Below, piece after piece: positions 24,384 to 34,075 of a DNA stretch of 64,000 nucleotides (positions are counted from its first letter, which is position 1; each line of letters opens with the position of its first letter). This DNA comes from a virus (lineage: Duplodnaviria > Heunggongvirae > Uroviricota > Caudoviricetes), in the IMG/VR virus record IMGVR_UViG_3300042564_004235; one strand, written 5' to 3'. Position numbers and translations under genes: made by a program. Below the pieces are notes generated by a model that saw only the letters and a list, made by a program, of their open reading frames with translations, was not told the DNA's origin and searched no databases.

Positions 24384-24821
24384 ATGATTGACTCAATTTT
24401 ATTGGTAGATGATGAGGATTTATTCCATTTGGTATTTGAAGACGCTTGTTCATTACTTGACATAAGTTTGTCTTTAACCGCATTAAATAGTTCTGACGAA
24501 GCTGCAAAGAAATTTGAAAAATGGTTCAAAAGTGGGGACGATAACGATAAACCTGAATGTGTGTTTGTTGATTTAAACATTATTGGTAGTTCTTTTGATG
24601 GTATAGAATTAATTAGAAAAATTAATTTTGAATATGGTAATCACGTAGTTGTTGGTATTATATCATCGTCAAACGAACCTGAAGAACAAGCAAAGGCGGT
24701 TCAAGCCGGTGCTCAGTTTTGGATTATTAAATCTGACGATATTGAACCTCGTTTAGAAGAGTTCAGAAAAGATTATGAAGGGTATAAAAATAGAACATTA
24801 CCATTTAAAGTTTACAAATGA
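24384..24821 (+). CDS. stand-alone response-regulator receiver (CheY-like)
   Basis: ILLVDDED acidic pocket, phospho-acceptor context CVFVDLNIIG, conserved T/S (IISSS) and K (WIIKSD). Confidence 0.7.
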   Translation: MIDSILLVDDEDLFHLVFEDACSLLDISLSLTALNSSDEAAKKFEKWFKSGDDNDKPECVFVDLNIIGSSFDGIELIRKINFEYGNHVVVGIISSSNEPEEQAKAVQAGAQFWIIKSDDIEPRLEEFRKDYEGYKNRTLPFKVYK

Positions 24822-25495
24822 TAAAAATAGATAGTAATACTAAAAAAACATTGATGGACTTATACCTTAAAAAAGGTATAGGTCTTGAAGGTAATATTAC
24901 TAAACTTATTGATACTGAAAATGATGAAGATTTTAAAAACTATTTAAAAGATTGTGAAACAAAAGACGGAGACAAAAGAAGAAAACGTCTTGAGATGACA
25001 AAAAAAATACAAAAACAAAATGAAGAACTTGTAACGTTAAATGAAAAAAACGAAAAAATGATGGAGGACCTTCAAAACAAAATCACAGAAATAGAAGAGT
25101 CCAAGTTAACATTTGAAGTTCAAAACAGAGAACTTAACGAATGGAAAAAAGAAAATTTAGAACTTACAGAAAAACTTCAAACAGAAATGATGAAGTCCGA
25201 AAAGGCGAGAGTTGATGCTGAAGCAGCAAAACAAAATGCAGAAAATGATTTAGATTTATTACAAAAGAAAACACAAAACGAACTCATATCCACAATAGTT
25301 AAAGTGGCTCTTTGGGTTATCATGGGTGTAGGTGTTGTCACTACCGGCGTATATGTTTTAACATTATTTGTTGGTAAGGACACCCAAGTTATCAGTGCTG
25401 CTTGGTCAAACATATTTGGTATTCTTTTAACAAACGCTTTTTCAATAGTAGGAACAATTATGGGTATAAAATACGCAACAGAAAATAAACAATAA
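24818..25495 (+). CDS. coiled-coil protein with C-terminal double TM (possible lysis-associated membrane protein)
   Basis: N-terminal K/E-rich heptads. C-terminal VALWVIMGVGVVTTGVYVLTLF and FGILLTNAFSIVGTIMGI. Directly upstream of the endolysin. Confidence 0.45.
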   Translation: MIKIDSNTKKTLMDLYLKKGIGLEGNITKLIDTENDEDFKNYLKDCETKDGDKRRKRLEMTKKIQKQNEELVTLNEKNEKMMEDLQNKITEIEESKLTFEVQNRELNEWKKENLELTEKLQTEMMKSEKARVDAEAAKQNAENDLDLLQKKTQNELISTIVKVALWVIMGVGVVTTGVYVLTLFVGKDTQVISAAWSNIFGILLTNAFSIVGTIMGIKYATENKQ

Positions 25496-25506
25496 AACAA
25501 AAACGT

Positions 25507-26331
25507 ATGTTATTAAAAGTAGGATCTACAGGAGAAGATGTAAAAAAACTCCAAACAAAATTAGGATTAACCGCTGATGGTTCTTTTGGACCTAAAACTG
25601 AAACGGTGGTAAAAGAATGGCAAACTAAAAACGGATTAACCGCTGATGGTATTGTTGGTGACGGTACTTGGTCTAAAATGTTCGGGACAACTCAGGTGGT
25701 TAAAGAAGATGTTGTTATTCAACCTGCAGGTGGATTAAACATTCAAAAATTAAAAGGACACATTCCGGATGTTGTTATCGCACAGATTCCTGAAACTGCA
25801 AAAAAATTTAATATCACAAGTAACTTGAGACTTGCTCACTTCTTATCACAATGTGGACACGAGTCAGGTGGTTTTAAAGCAGTATCAGAAAATTTAAATT
25901 ATTCTGCTGATGGATTAAAAAGAACGTTTGGTAAATACTTTCCTGGTAACTTGGCTGAATCATATGCTAAACAACCTGAAAAGATCGCATCAAGAGTTTA
26001 TGCTAACCGTATGAGTAATGGAGATGAAGCATCAAAAGAAGGGTTTAAATTTAGAGGAAGAGGTTATATTCAATTAACAGGAAAGGCGAACTATACTAGT
26101 TTCACTAAATTTATTGGCGAAGATTGTGTTTCGAACCCTGACTTAGTTGCAACTAAATACCCATTGGCATCTGCGGCATTTTTCTTTGACTCAAACAAAC
26201 TTTGGTCAATATGTGATAAAGGAGCTGATGATGCTACGGTTACTGCGGTAACAAAAAGAGTAAATGGAGGAACAATAGGTCTTGCGGATAGAATTAAACA
26301 CTTCAAAGAGTATTATAACTTATTAAAATAA
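25507..26331 (+). CDS. endolysin: peptidoglycan-binding domain plus GH19 chitinase-like lysozyme domain
   Basis: Two PG_binding_1-like repeats (LGLTADGSFGPKTETVVKEWQ, GLTADGIVGDGTW). GH19 motifs FLSQCGHESGGF and GRGYIQLTGKANY. Confidence 0.8.
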   Translation: MLLKVGSTGEDVKKLQTKLGLTADGSFGPKTETVVKEWQTKNGLTADGIVGDGTWSKMFGTTQVVKEDVVIQPAGGLNIQKLKGHIPDVVIAQIPETAKKFNITSNLRLAHFLSQCGHESGGFKAVSENLNYSADGLKRTFGKYFPGNLAESYAKQPEKIASRVYANRMSNGDEASKEGFKFRGRGYIQLTGKANYTSFTKFIGEDCVSNPDLVATKYPLASAAFFFDSNKLWSICDKGADDATVTAVTKRVNGGTIGLADRIKHFKEYYNLLK

Positions 26332-26340
26332 AATAAAAAA

Positions 26341-27195
26341 ATGGCAGAAAATAATACAATATTTTTTAAACTTGAGGAATACTACGACAACGATGGATCT
26401 AAGGAGTTACAAGCATCTACCGGTGTAAGTGGTAAGGTTAATATCTCAGTAATTAATTTACTAAATAAGGAAACCGCTGCGGATCAACCTAGAGAAGTTG
26501 TTGGTTTAACTCCACTATCACGATACACCATAAATGATACGACAGAAAATTTATTTAGTGTTAGTTTTATAACTGACAATGATGGGTATACTAAAGTTGA
26601 CCTATCCAAAATGTTATTAAACACTACATTTATAAAGTTTTATCAAAAGTACAAAGGTGAGGTAACTTTAAATGTAACAATTGAAATACCAAAAACAGAT
26701 AAATATAACGTTTTTGTTGGTAACGCTAAAATAACACCATCGTGGAAAAAAGAAGAATCAGGAATTATATTTGAAAGTTATGACTATTACAACAATGACG
26801 ACACCATCATTTTATCACCAATTGAAGATAAAGTGACTGATTTGGCAACATTAAGACAAACATATAAAACAGTTGAAGAAAATTACCTTTTAGTTAAAAA
26901 AAGATATGAGAGTCAAATTGTTGGTGAGGTTGATTTAGAAATTGATACTACGGAAACTTATGAACCTAAAAGTCTTAAAACCGTTATAACAAGATTATTA
27001 GAATTTCAAGTGGGTACTTTACAACCGGCACTTGAATATACAAAAACCGCAAAACTAACAACAGAATACGACAGGTTAAACACAATGGATAAATTAGTTA
27101 ATATTTTATCTAAAATGTATCCAAATATTACTATTGAAGATGGTGAAGGTATTCCTTATAATTCGGATATTGATCCAAAATCGGAAACATTGTAA
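26341..27195 (+). CDS. hypothetical protein
   Basis: 284-aa ORF. Confidence 0.5.
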   Translation: MAENNTIFFKLEEYYDNDGSKELQASTGVSGKVNISVINLLNKETAADQPREVVGLTPLSRYTINDTTENLFSVSFITDNDGYTKVDLSKMLLNTTFIKFYQKYKGEVTLNVTIEIPKTDKYNVFVGNAKITPSWKKEESGIIFESYDYYNNDDTIILSPIEDKVTDLATLRQTYKTVEENYLLVKKRYESQIVGEVDLEIDTTETYEPKSLKTVITRLLEFQVGTLQPALEYTKTAKLTTEYDRLNTMDKLVNILSKMYPNITIEDGEGIPYNSDIDPKSETL

Positions 27196-27230
27196 TATTT
27201 ATATATAAATAAACTTTTAAATTTTCAATT

Positions 27231-27398
27231 ATGAAACTTACAAAAGAACAAGTATTAGGTATTGTTAGACACACATTAACATTTGTTGGTGGTATTGTTG
27301 TAATGAAAGGTCTTGTTGATGAGGCAACCGTTACTGAGATCATCGGTGGAGTTATGACGTTAACTGGTACTATTTGGTCAGTTATTACCAAAAAATAA
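27231..27398 (+). CDS. holin-like small two-TM protein (55 aa)
   Basis: Hand translation MKLTKEQVLGIVRHTLTFVGGIVVMKGLVDEATVTEIIGGVMTLTGTIWSVITKK. Sits 3' of the endolysin and is followed by a terminator. Confidence 0.45.
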   Translation: MKLTKEQVLGIVRHTLTFVGGIVVMKGLVDEATVTEIIGGVMTLTGTIWSVITKK

Positions 27399-27417
27399 TT
27401 TTATTAAATTAATACTT

Positions 27418-27446
27418 AACCCCCATAAATAGTGGGGGTTTTTTAA
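27418..27446 (+). terminator. rho-independent terminator
   Basis: aacccccataaatagtgggggtt hairpin followed by ttttaattt. Confidence 0.65.
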
Positions 27447-27470
27447 TTTAAGATATATTTATAATTTAGT

Positions 27471-28079
27471 ATGGAAAATTATGTAGGAATAATAATCGCA
27501 TTTATAACAGGTGTGATTGGTCCAATTTTGGTTCTTTATATAAAGAGTAGATTGGAAAAGAAGGAGAAACCAGACATGGTTAAAGAAACTTTAAGAGTTT
27601 CAGAGTTGGTTACAAACAAGATAGAACATATAAAAGAAGAGTTTAATGCTGACAGAGTTTGGATTACACAATTCCATAACGGAGGAAACTTCTACCCAAC
27701 AGGTAAGTCAATGGCGAAGTTTTCAATAATGTATGAGACCGTACATCCGGGAGTAACATCAGTACAAAACAATTTCCATAATATACCGGTTAATTTATTT
27801 TCAAAGTCAATCAATCAACTATTAAGTAATGATGTAATTGAAATACCGGACTATAAAGACGAGACAATAGCTACTTATGGTTTAAAATATATTGCAGAAG
27901 ATACTGGATGTAAATCAGGTTATTTATTTGCTATTAAAACTATTGATGATAGATTTATTGGGACTTTAGGTGTTGAATATACAAAAAGAAAAACGAAATT
28001 AAATATTGAATCAATAAATCATTTATTAGTACACGCAACATCACTTGGTGGTGTTTTAATGACTCACTTACAACAATGA
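27471..28079 (+). CDS. hypothetical membrane-anchored protein
   Basis: N-terminal TM segment IIIAFITGVIGPILVLYI. Confidence 0.5.
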   Translation: MENYVGIIIAFITGVIGPILVLYIKSRLEKKEKPDMVKETLRVSELVTNKIEHIKEEFNADRVWITQFHNGGNFYPTGKSMAKFSIMYETVHPGVTSVQNNFHNIPVNLFSKSINQLLSNDVIEIPDYKDETIATYGLKYIAEDTGCKSGYLFAIKTIDDRFIGTLGVEYTKRKTKLNIESINHLLVHATSLGGVLMTHLQQ

Positions 28080-28729
28080 GACAACAAATTATAGAATCAC
28101 TTATTGGTAGAATTACAAACCGGTTAATCAACGAAAGAAAGTCAGATGAGTTATCAATAAAACTTTCCCGAATGGTTATCAAGCAATTTAAAAAAGATGA
28201 GGACTTTGAGTTGTATGATTTAAGATTTGACAGGGGAGATGAGTATGCGGTCTTTGATTTTAAGTGTTATTTTTTGGAGGATATTGATTTGGACGATCCA
28301 TTCTCAATACATGCTGAGGCAGATATGGAAGAGATATATATGGAGATCACATTCAACCCACAACATTTTCCTAAAAGTATGAGTGATTTGGTTGCTGAAG
28401 TTAAAGAAACTATTGAACACGAGTTAGAACACGTTGAACAACAGAATTTTGAGGATATGGAATTTGAACGTGAAGATGATATTGAAGACGATGAAGAATA
28501 TAATTTTAAATACCTCACATCAAAAGTTGAAATACCCGCATATGTTAGAGGATTAATAAAAAGATCCAACACCAAAAAAATGTCATTGTCCGATGCTATG
28601 GAAGAATGGTTTAAAGAAAACAAAAGAAATTTTAAAGACCCCAAAAAAGATTGGTCAAGAGTTAAAAAAGTTTGGATGAAATATGCCTCCGAAATGAGAG
28701 GAAAAGAAAAAATCAAAAAATTTAAATAA
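28076..28729 (+). CDS. hypothetical acidic protein
   Basis: 217-aa ORF overlapping the previous stop. Confidence 0.5.
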   Translation: MRQQIIESLIGRITNRLINERKSDELSIKLSRMVIKQFKKDEDFELYDLRFDRGDEYAVFDFKCYFLEDIDLDDPFSIHAEADMEEIYMEITFNPQHFPKSMSDLVAEVKETIEHELEHVEQQNFEDMEFEREDDIEDDEEYNFKYLTSKVEIPAYVRGLIKRSNTKKMSLSDAMEEWFKENKRNFKDPKKDWSRVKKVWMKYASEMRGKEKIKKFK

Positions 28730-28778
28730 AAGTTTGTTTTATACCAAATGTTTTCCTAACTTTGGTAAAAAATAAATT

Positions 28779-29216
28779 ATGAGTGTAAAAAGTTGGACTA
28801 GACGATTGTATAAACGTTTAAAAGTAAAATTCTATATTTGGGAAAGAGGACATAAGTGGTTTAAAGCACCAGAAGACTCAACAGGTTATGAAAATATCAC
28901 AACCGCGATTGTTAGAAAAATGATCAATCATCCCGATTCTAAATTTACCATTGCTCCACTTTCAGGTAAAAGATATATAGTCAATAAGACTTTGGATATT
29001 TTTATCATTATGGAGGATAGTAAAGTAGAAATCACCAACCACGTTTATCATTATGTTTCAACATTAGGTCAAAGAGACTTACAGAAACTCAAAAAACTTT
29101 ACGATACCAAAGTGGAGGATCAAAGAACTAATTATGAGGAAGAAATCAAATCTCAAATAACAAATACATTACAATCAATTTATGATAAAATCAATAAACA
29201 ATCAGCCAATAATTAA
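28779..29216 (+). CDS. hypothetical protein
   Basis: 145-aa ORF. Confidence 0.45.
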   Translation: MSVKSWTRRLYKRLKVKFYIWERGHKWFKAPEDSTGYENITTAIVRKMINHPDSKFTIAPLSGKRYIVNKTLDIFIIMEDSKVEITNHVYHYVSTLGQRDLQKLKKLYDTKVEDQRTNYEEEIKSQITNTLQSIYDKINKQSANN

Positions 29217-29394
29217 TACACCAAAGGGTGTTGGGCAAATTGAAAAACTTTACGTGTCTGATCTTGGATTTTTGATGGTGAGGGTTTATTTTGATAACGG
29301 CACGTACACAACCTATAATATGGGAAAACACGATATTCAAAACAACCTGATCACCAACCAATTATTTGAAGATGAAAGTAAAACTTTTGGTTGA
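29182..29394 (+). CDS. hypothetical small protein
   Basis: 70-aa ORF. Confidence 0.35.
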   Translation: MIKSINNQPIINTPKGVGQIEKLYVSDLGFLMVRVYFDNGTYTTYNMGKHDIQNNLITNQLFEDESKTFG

Positions 29395-29517
29395 TAACGA
29401 GATAACCGAAGGGGTTGTTGAGATTGATGAAAGATTTTATGGTGGCAAAAAAGTAATTTACCAAAATAAAGAAAAAATAATGTGTGTTATATCAATAAAT
29501 TTAGTTACCTTTGTATT

Positions 29518-29736
29518 ATGAAAAAATTATTAATTATGTTATGTCTTGTGTCCTGTACATCAAACGGGTACAAGTACAAAATTGAAGGTGTGGTTGAAAC
29601 AAAAGATGGTGGACATCCAGCAGTCTGGTATACCGACACAATAAGTTTTGATGGTGATACTGCGTATTACTTTAATAGTGATGGTAGTGAAGTAAGAATC
29701 AGTCCTCCATATGTTATTAAAACGATTAAATTATGA
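29518..29736 (+). CDS. lipoprotein
   Basis: MKKLLIMLCLVSCTSNG; ATG 29518 follows the -7 box tacctttgtatt. Confidence 0.5.
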   Translation: MKKLLIMLCLVSCTSNGYKYKIEGVVETKDGGHPAVWYTDTISFDGDTAYYFNSDGSEVRISPPYVIKTIKL

Positions 29737-30005
29737 ATGTGAAAGAATTAAACGACGGAGAACTTTTAGATTTGGCTCGGAAAAATTTGGCAATTGCCGA
29801 TAAACACATGTACTCAACAATAATCTTAACTATTGTATCACTTATACAATCTATCTTATTATTTTTTAATTTTGTTGGAGTAGTTAGTTTTTTAATTGTA
29901 TACCTAATCTGTTTTTTATTATATCTTTATCATAGAAAAAAACAAGAAAAATATATGAAGGTTGTTGACGAAGCACTTAAAGAATTTACATCAAGAGAAA
30001 TTTGA
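29733..30005 (+). CDS. small membrane protein
   Basis: Hydrophobic core TIVSLIQSILLFFNFVGVVSFLIVYLICFLLYL. Confidence 0.45.
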   Translation: MNVKELNDGELLDLARKNLAIADKHMYSTIILTIVSLIQSILLFFNFVGVVSFLIVYLICFLLYLYHRKKQEKYMKVVDEALKEFTSREI

Positions 30006-30256
30006 TTATGAAAAAAATGTTATATATATTTGTTCTGTGGTTGGTAACGAGTTGTTCAAACTGGCAATATAAAGATTTCACATATTTGAAATGTAAAAAG
30101 TTGGATAAAATACATGTCCATCTGTATTATCACGAAACTTGTGAATGGAATTGTTTAAACATGGACCATCAGTACATTTTAGTTGTTGATACTGTTAGGG
30201 TTAAATATAAAACAGATAAAAACGGAGATTTAAAAAAAATAAAACTAATAAAATGA
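30002..30256 (+). CDS. lipoprotein
   Basis: MIMKKMLYIFVLWLVTSCSNW lipobox. Confidence 0.5.
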   Translation: MIMKKMLYIFVLWLVTSCSNWQYKDFTYLKCKKLDKIHVHLYYHETCEWNCLNMDHQYILVVDTVRVKYKTDKNGDLKKIKLIK

Positions 30257-30516
30257 AGAAAGTATTTTTAGCGATTTTAATGGGTGTTATGGTAACATCT
30301 TGTACAGAAAACGAAAGAGTTAAAAGTTTTGGCGGTGAAGGAACAATACATCTACCAAAAGGACGTAAATTGGTGACTGTTACTTGGAAAGAAACCCAAA
30401 TTTGGTATTTGACACGTCAGATGGATTCTAATGATGTTGCCGAAACATATCAATTTCACGAAGAATCATCTTGGGGTGTAATTGAAGGAACTTATAACAT
30501 TATAGAAACTAAGTAA
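30253..30516 (+). CDS. lipoprotein
   Basis: MKKVFLAILMGVMVTSCTENE lipobox. Confidence 0.5.
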   Translation: MKKVFLAILMGVMVTSCTENERVKSFGGEGTIHLPKGRKLVTVTWKETQIWYLTRQMDSNDVAETYQFHEESSWGVIEGTYNIIETK

Positions 30517-30517
30517 T

Positions 30518-30769
30518 ATGACAGAAAGAGAATTAATACTTTTAGGGTTTAAAAGTGAGGAAATCAGAGAACACGATGAAGATGAGTCCTATTACTATGT
30601 TCTTGATATTGTGGACGGTTTAACCTTTATTACACCAACTAACGAGGAAATAAAGGAAGATAAATGGTACGTTGATTTTTTCAATACTGATCCACTTGTT
30701 AGATTTCACGAGTTCGGTGAATTACAAGGATTAATCAACCAGTTAACAAGGGCAATAATAAAAAAATAA
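30518..30769 (+). CDS. hypothetical protein
   Basis: 83-aa ORF. Confidence 0.4.
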   Translation: MTERELILLGFKSEEIREHDEDESYYYVLDIVDGLTFITPTNEEIKEDKWYVDFFNTDPLVRFHEFGELQGLINQLTRAIIKK

Positions 30770-30779
30770 AAATAAAAAA

Positions 30780-30965
30780 ATGGAACAAAACAACGGAATT
30801 TTGCAAGGAGCTTTAATGGAACAACATAGAAGAATCATTAATGAAATTGCAGACATTAAAGCAGAAAAGTTTGAATTAACTGAAGAGGATAAACAAAAAA
30901 TTTCAAAATTAGAATTTCAATTAAAAGAAATTGCTCAAAGATTGTACGTACTTTATAATAAGTAA
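30780..30965 (+). CDS. hypothetical small protein
   Basis: 61-aa ORF. Confidence 0.35.
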   Translation: MEQNNGILQGALMEQHRRIINEIADIKAEKFELTEEDKQKISKLEFQLKEIAQRLYVLYNK

Positions 30966-30967
30966 TA

Positions 30968-31339
30968 ATGAAGAAAATACCAACACACGATCCACAGACC
31001 GGAGAACTTAATCCTTACTACGAAGAACTAACAGGTGAGAAAAATCCATTATCAAAAGATGTGGAAAATGAAAGGTTTGATATTCCAAGATTTGTCGGTA
31101 GAAAGTTTAGGTATAATGGAAAATATGGATTATCAACTTGGACCGATACTGTTAAAAGGATATCATATAGACAAGGGGTAGTATTTGATAAACCATTAAA
31201 GTTTAAAGTACCAAAAAAAGGTGAAGACTTTAAAGCAGAAAAAATAAACATTATTGGTTATAACATTGAATTAGATGTAATATCCTCAAGATCCGGACAA
31301 GTTTATGAATTTAAGAATTGTGTTTTTATAAATGATTAA
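30968..31339 (+). CDS. hypothetical protein
   Basis: 123-aa ORF. Confidence 0.45.
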   Translation: MKKIPTHDPQTGELNPYYEELTGEKNPLSKDVENERFDIPRFVGRKFRYNGKYGLSTWTDTVKRISYRQGVVFDKPLKFKVPKKGEDFKAEKINIIGYNIELDVISSRSGQVYEFKNCVFIND

Positions 31340-31354
31340 TATATAAAAAATGAA

Positions 31355-31549
31355 ATGAAGTTTTTTAAAGTGTTTCTGATGTGGTTAGGCTTTATCGCAA
31401 TCGGAACAATGTTTGGCGAATATGTCGTCAGTAGAGAAGTAAACGGATTCCTCCAACTGTTAAGTTTCGTTGGTGTTGTTGGACTCCTTATGTATGTAAT
31501 AAACGAAACAATAAAATTATTTAACAAAAAAGAAGAAAAAAATGATTAG
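31355..31549 (+). CDS. small membrane protein (NfeD-like partner of the SPFH protein?)
   Basis: Two TM helices. Directly upstream of and overlapping the SPFH gene. Confidence 0.4.
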   Translation: MKFFKVFLMWLGFIAIGTMFGEYVVSREVNGFLQLLSFVGVVGLLMYVINETIKLFNKKEEKND

Positions 31550-32489
31550 TACTTTAATTTTTATTTTAGGATTGGTAATTGCTGGATTTGTAGCATTTAC
31601 AACAAGAGACCGAATGTATGTAACAGGAACAGACAGATGGGGTGATAGTAAAGAGATGTTTAATACTATGTGGATAGTTAAACCAATTGGTATTTTTGTC
31701 TTGGCTATTATAATCTCTAGCATCCAACCATTCGCATTAGATAGAGTAGATGCTGGACACGTTGGGATTAAAGTTAATTTAACCGGTGACAAAAGAGGTG
31801 TGTCAAGTTATGAATATAAAACGGGGTGGGTATTATACAATACTTGGACAGAACAGATGTTAGAGTTTCCTACATACCAACAACATATTGAATATAAGGA
31901 TCAGACCGTGATTACAAAAGGTGGATTTGCAGCAACAATTAAACCAAGTTTTAACTATTCATTAAAACCGACGGCAATTGGTAATATGTTTGAGAACTTA
32001 CGTTTAGATATAAAACAAATTGAACAAGGATGGTTAATGAACGCAATTGTCTCTTCAGTAAATGACGTGGCTAATAAATGGGAAGTGGATGCTATCTTTA
32101 ATAAAAGAGAGGAATTTGAAGCGGCTATTGTTGCTGAGTGTAATAAAAGATTATCTAAATGGTTTGAAGTATCACAGTTAAGAACTAACATCACACCACC
32201 AAAAGCACTACAACAGGCGATTGAATCTAAAACAAAGGCGGTTCAGGAGGCACAGGCTGCGATGCAACGTAAGTTAGTTGCGGAAGCTGAAGCTCAAGAA
32301 AAAATCGCAATCGCTCGTGGAGATTCGGCAAAAGTTATAATTGACGCACAAGCCTTGGCCTTGGCAATGAAGTTAAAACAAAAAGAAATTACACCTCTTT
32401 ATGTTGAATATTTGAAAGCACAATCTTGGGACGGAAAACTTCCTACAACAGTTGCGGGTGGATCAGGAACATTTTTAAACATTAAATAA
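31542..32489 (+). CDS. SPFH/band-7 (prohibitin/HflK-like) membrane protein
   Basis: N-terminal TM segment, then an SPFH-like core and an Ala/Glu-rich coiled coil (QRKLVAEAEAQEKIAIARGDSAKVIIDAQALALAMK). Confidence 0.6.
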   Translation: MISTLIFILGLVIAGFVAFTTRDRMYVTGTDRWGDSKEMFNTMWIVKPIGIFVLAIIISSIQPFALDRVDAGHVGIKVNLTGDKRGVSSYEYKTGWVLYNTWTEQMLEFPTYQQHIEYKDQTVITKGGFAATIKPSFNYSLKPTAIGNMFENLRLDIKQIEQGWLMNAIVSSVNDVANKWEVDAIFNKREEFEAAIVAECNKRLSKWFEVSQLRTNITPPKALQQAIESKTKAVQEAQAAMQRKLVAEAEAQEKIAIARGDSAKVIIDAQALALAMKLKQKEITPLYVEYLKAQSWDGKLPTTVAGGSGTFLNIK

Positions 32490-32490
32490 T

Positions 32491-32742
32491 ATGATAAGAA
32501 ATTTTAGTTTTATAATTTTATTTATAATATTAACATCTGTATTATTTAGTTGGTTTGTGTACATCTCAATCCAAAATGATAAAGTTTGTGATGAGTTAGT
32601 AATATTAAATGATGGATCACAAATTGAAGCAACACAGGTAATATCATATGAAAGTGGAATGAGTACCATAAAAATGTGTAACGGACAATGGATGGACACA
32701 CCAACCGTTAATATAAAGATGGTCAAACCTATTGAGAAATAA
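32491..32742 (+). CDS. small membrane protein
   Basis: N-terminal TM segment FSFIILFIILTSVLFSWFVYI. Confidence 0.4.
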   Translation: MIRNFSFIILFIILTSVLFSWFVYISIQNDKVCDELVILNDGSQIEATQVISYESGMSTIKMCNGQWMDTPTVNIKMVKPIEK

Positions 32743-32750
32743 GATTCAAA

Positions 32751-32782
32751 CCCCACCTTCTACCGGTGGGATTTGTTTTTTT
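32751..32782 (+). terminator. rho-independent terminator
   Basis: ccccaccttctaccggtggg hairpin followed by atttgttttttt. Confidence 0.6.
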
Positions 32783-32807
32783 AATTTAATTTTTTTACAT
32801 TTGTATT

Positions 32808-33323
32808 ATGAAAGCAAAACTGATTAAGACTGATTCCAATTATTATCTGTATGTTGATGGAAAAATAATTGCGTCAACAGAATATGTTGAAGGAAATCAA
32901 AAACTCTTCAAACAAAACTGTGATGAGATATTTGGTGTAGTTGATGTTATTGATGTTGTATATAAACAAGTTAGAAACGGATTTGATGGGGTTATAGATT
33001 CATTCACTGAAGCATTTGCTAAAGAATGTATCAACAAAGCAATTGAGTTGAACAAAGACAAGGTATTTACTTTGGAGGATGTTAGAAAAGCATATATGGA
33101 TGGAGTGTCTAATGGTCATAATTTTGGTTATCCTGCAATAGACCACACAGATAAATATATCCAATCCCTTCAACAACCAACAGAAATTGATGTTGAGATT
33201 AAAATGGAACCTTGTTTCTATGACCAATCATTAGGTGGATTTTCAACATCGTATACTGAAGACAAACCAAAAGAACAACCAAAACTTGACGAGAACGGAT
33301 GTTTAATTTTAAAAAAAGCATAA
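32808..33323 (+). CDS. hypothetical protein
   Basis: 171-aa ORF; -7 box acatttgtatt precedes the ATG. Confidence 0.5.
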   Translation: MKAKLIKTDSNYYLYVDGKIIASTEYVEGNQKLFKQNCDEIFGVVDVIDVVYKQVRNGFDGVIDSFTEAFAKECINKAIELNKDKVFTLEDVRKAYMDGVSNGHNFGYPAIDHTDKYIQSLQQPTEIDVEIKMEPCFYDQSLGGFSTSYTEDKPKEQPKLDENGCLILKKA

Positions 33324-33324
33324 A

Positions 33325-33561
33325 ATGGAAAATAGAAGCACACACTACGGAGACGTATCAAACTGGATTGAAAAGATAATTGATTCTTGTGAAACATACC
33401 AACAAACATTTACCGCTAAAAAATTGATTAGTAATTTTGCAAAACAATTAAGAACTAAATCTCCAGATAAATACTGGAACAGTTATCAATACACAGTTAT
33501 TGACCCACTTAATGATTTGGTAAGAATTAAACGACAATCATTCATAAATAAATCGGAATAA
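33325..33561 (+). CDS. hypothetical protein
   Basis: 78-aa ORF. Confidence 0.4.
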   Translation: MENRSTHYGDVSNWIEKIIDSCETYQQTFTAKKLISNFAKQLRTKSPDKYWNSYQYTVIDPLNDLVRIKRQSFINKSE

Positions 33562-33878
33562 TGGAAGAAGTAAAATATCCAATAGGTGGATTTGCTCCTG
33601 GGTTTTATCACTGTAATTGTATAACATGTAAGAATACTTTTTCAGGTGATAAAAGATCCGTTCAGTGTGAACCTTGTGCTATTGAAATGGTTAGAACTAA
33701 AATAGTTGAAAGTGAAAATGGTGGATTTGAAATTGAACAAGATTATTTACAAGGTTTTATTGATCAGTTCGGAGATGGTCCATTAGGTGAATTGGATCCA
33801 AATGAATGGACGGCACCTGATTTTTTAGAATGGTTAAAACTTAACAAATATAAAATTATAAAAGAAAATAAAATATGA
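33561..33878 (+). CDS. hypothetical protein with CxxC pairs
   Basis: HCNCITCKN ... CEPCAIE zinc-ribbon-like motif. Confidence 0.4.
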   Translation: MEEVKYPIGGFAPGFYHCNCITCKNTFSGDKRSVQCEPCAIEMVRTKIVESENGGFEIEQDYLQGFIDQFGDGPLGELDPNEWTAPDFLEWLKLNKYKIIKENKI

Positions 33879-34063
33879 ACAACAACCCCTTTGATCCAAA
33901 TATGTTTAAAAATTTGGAAAACGTAATGAAAGGTTTTCAACAACCACAAAACAATAACGGATTTTTTAATTTTAATAAGATTAAAAAATATTTAATAACA
34001 TTTATTGTTTCAATATTTGTGTCAGGATTTGCATTAGGATTGGCAATTGGATTATTATTTTAA
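33875..34063 (+). CDS. small membrane protein
   Basis: C-terminal TM segment ITFIVSIFVSGFALGLAIGLLF. Confidence 0.4.
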   Translation: MNNNPFDPNMFKNLENVMKGFQQPQNNNGFFNFNKIKKYLITFIVSIFVSGFALGLAIGLLF

Positions 34064-34075
34064 AATTAAAAAGGC

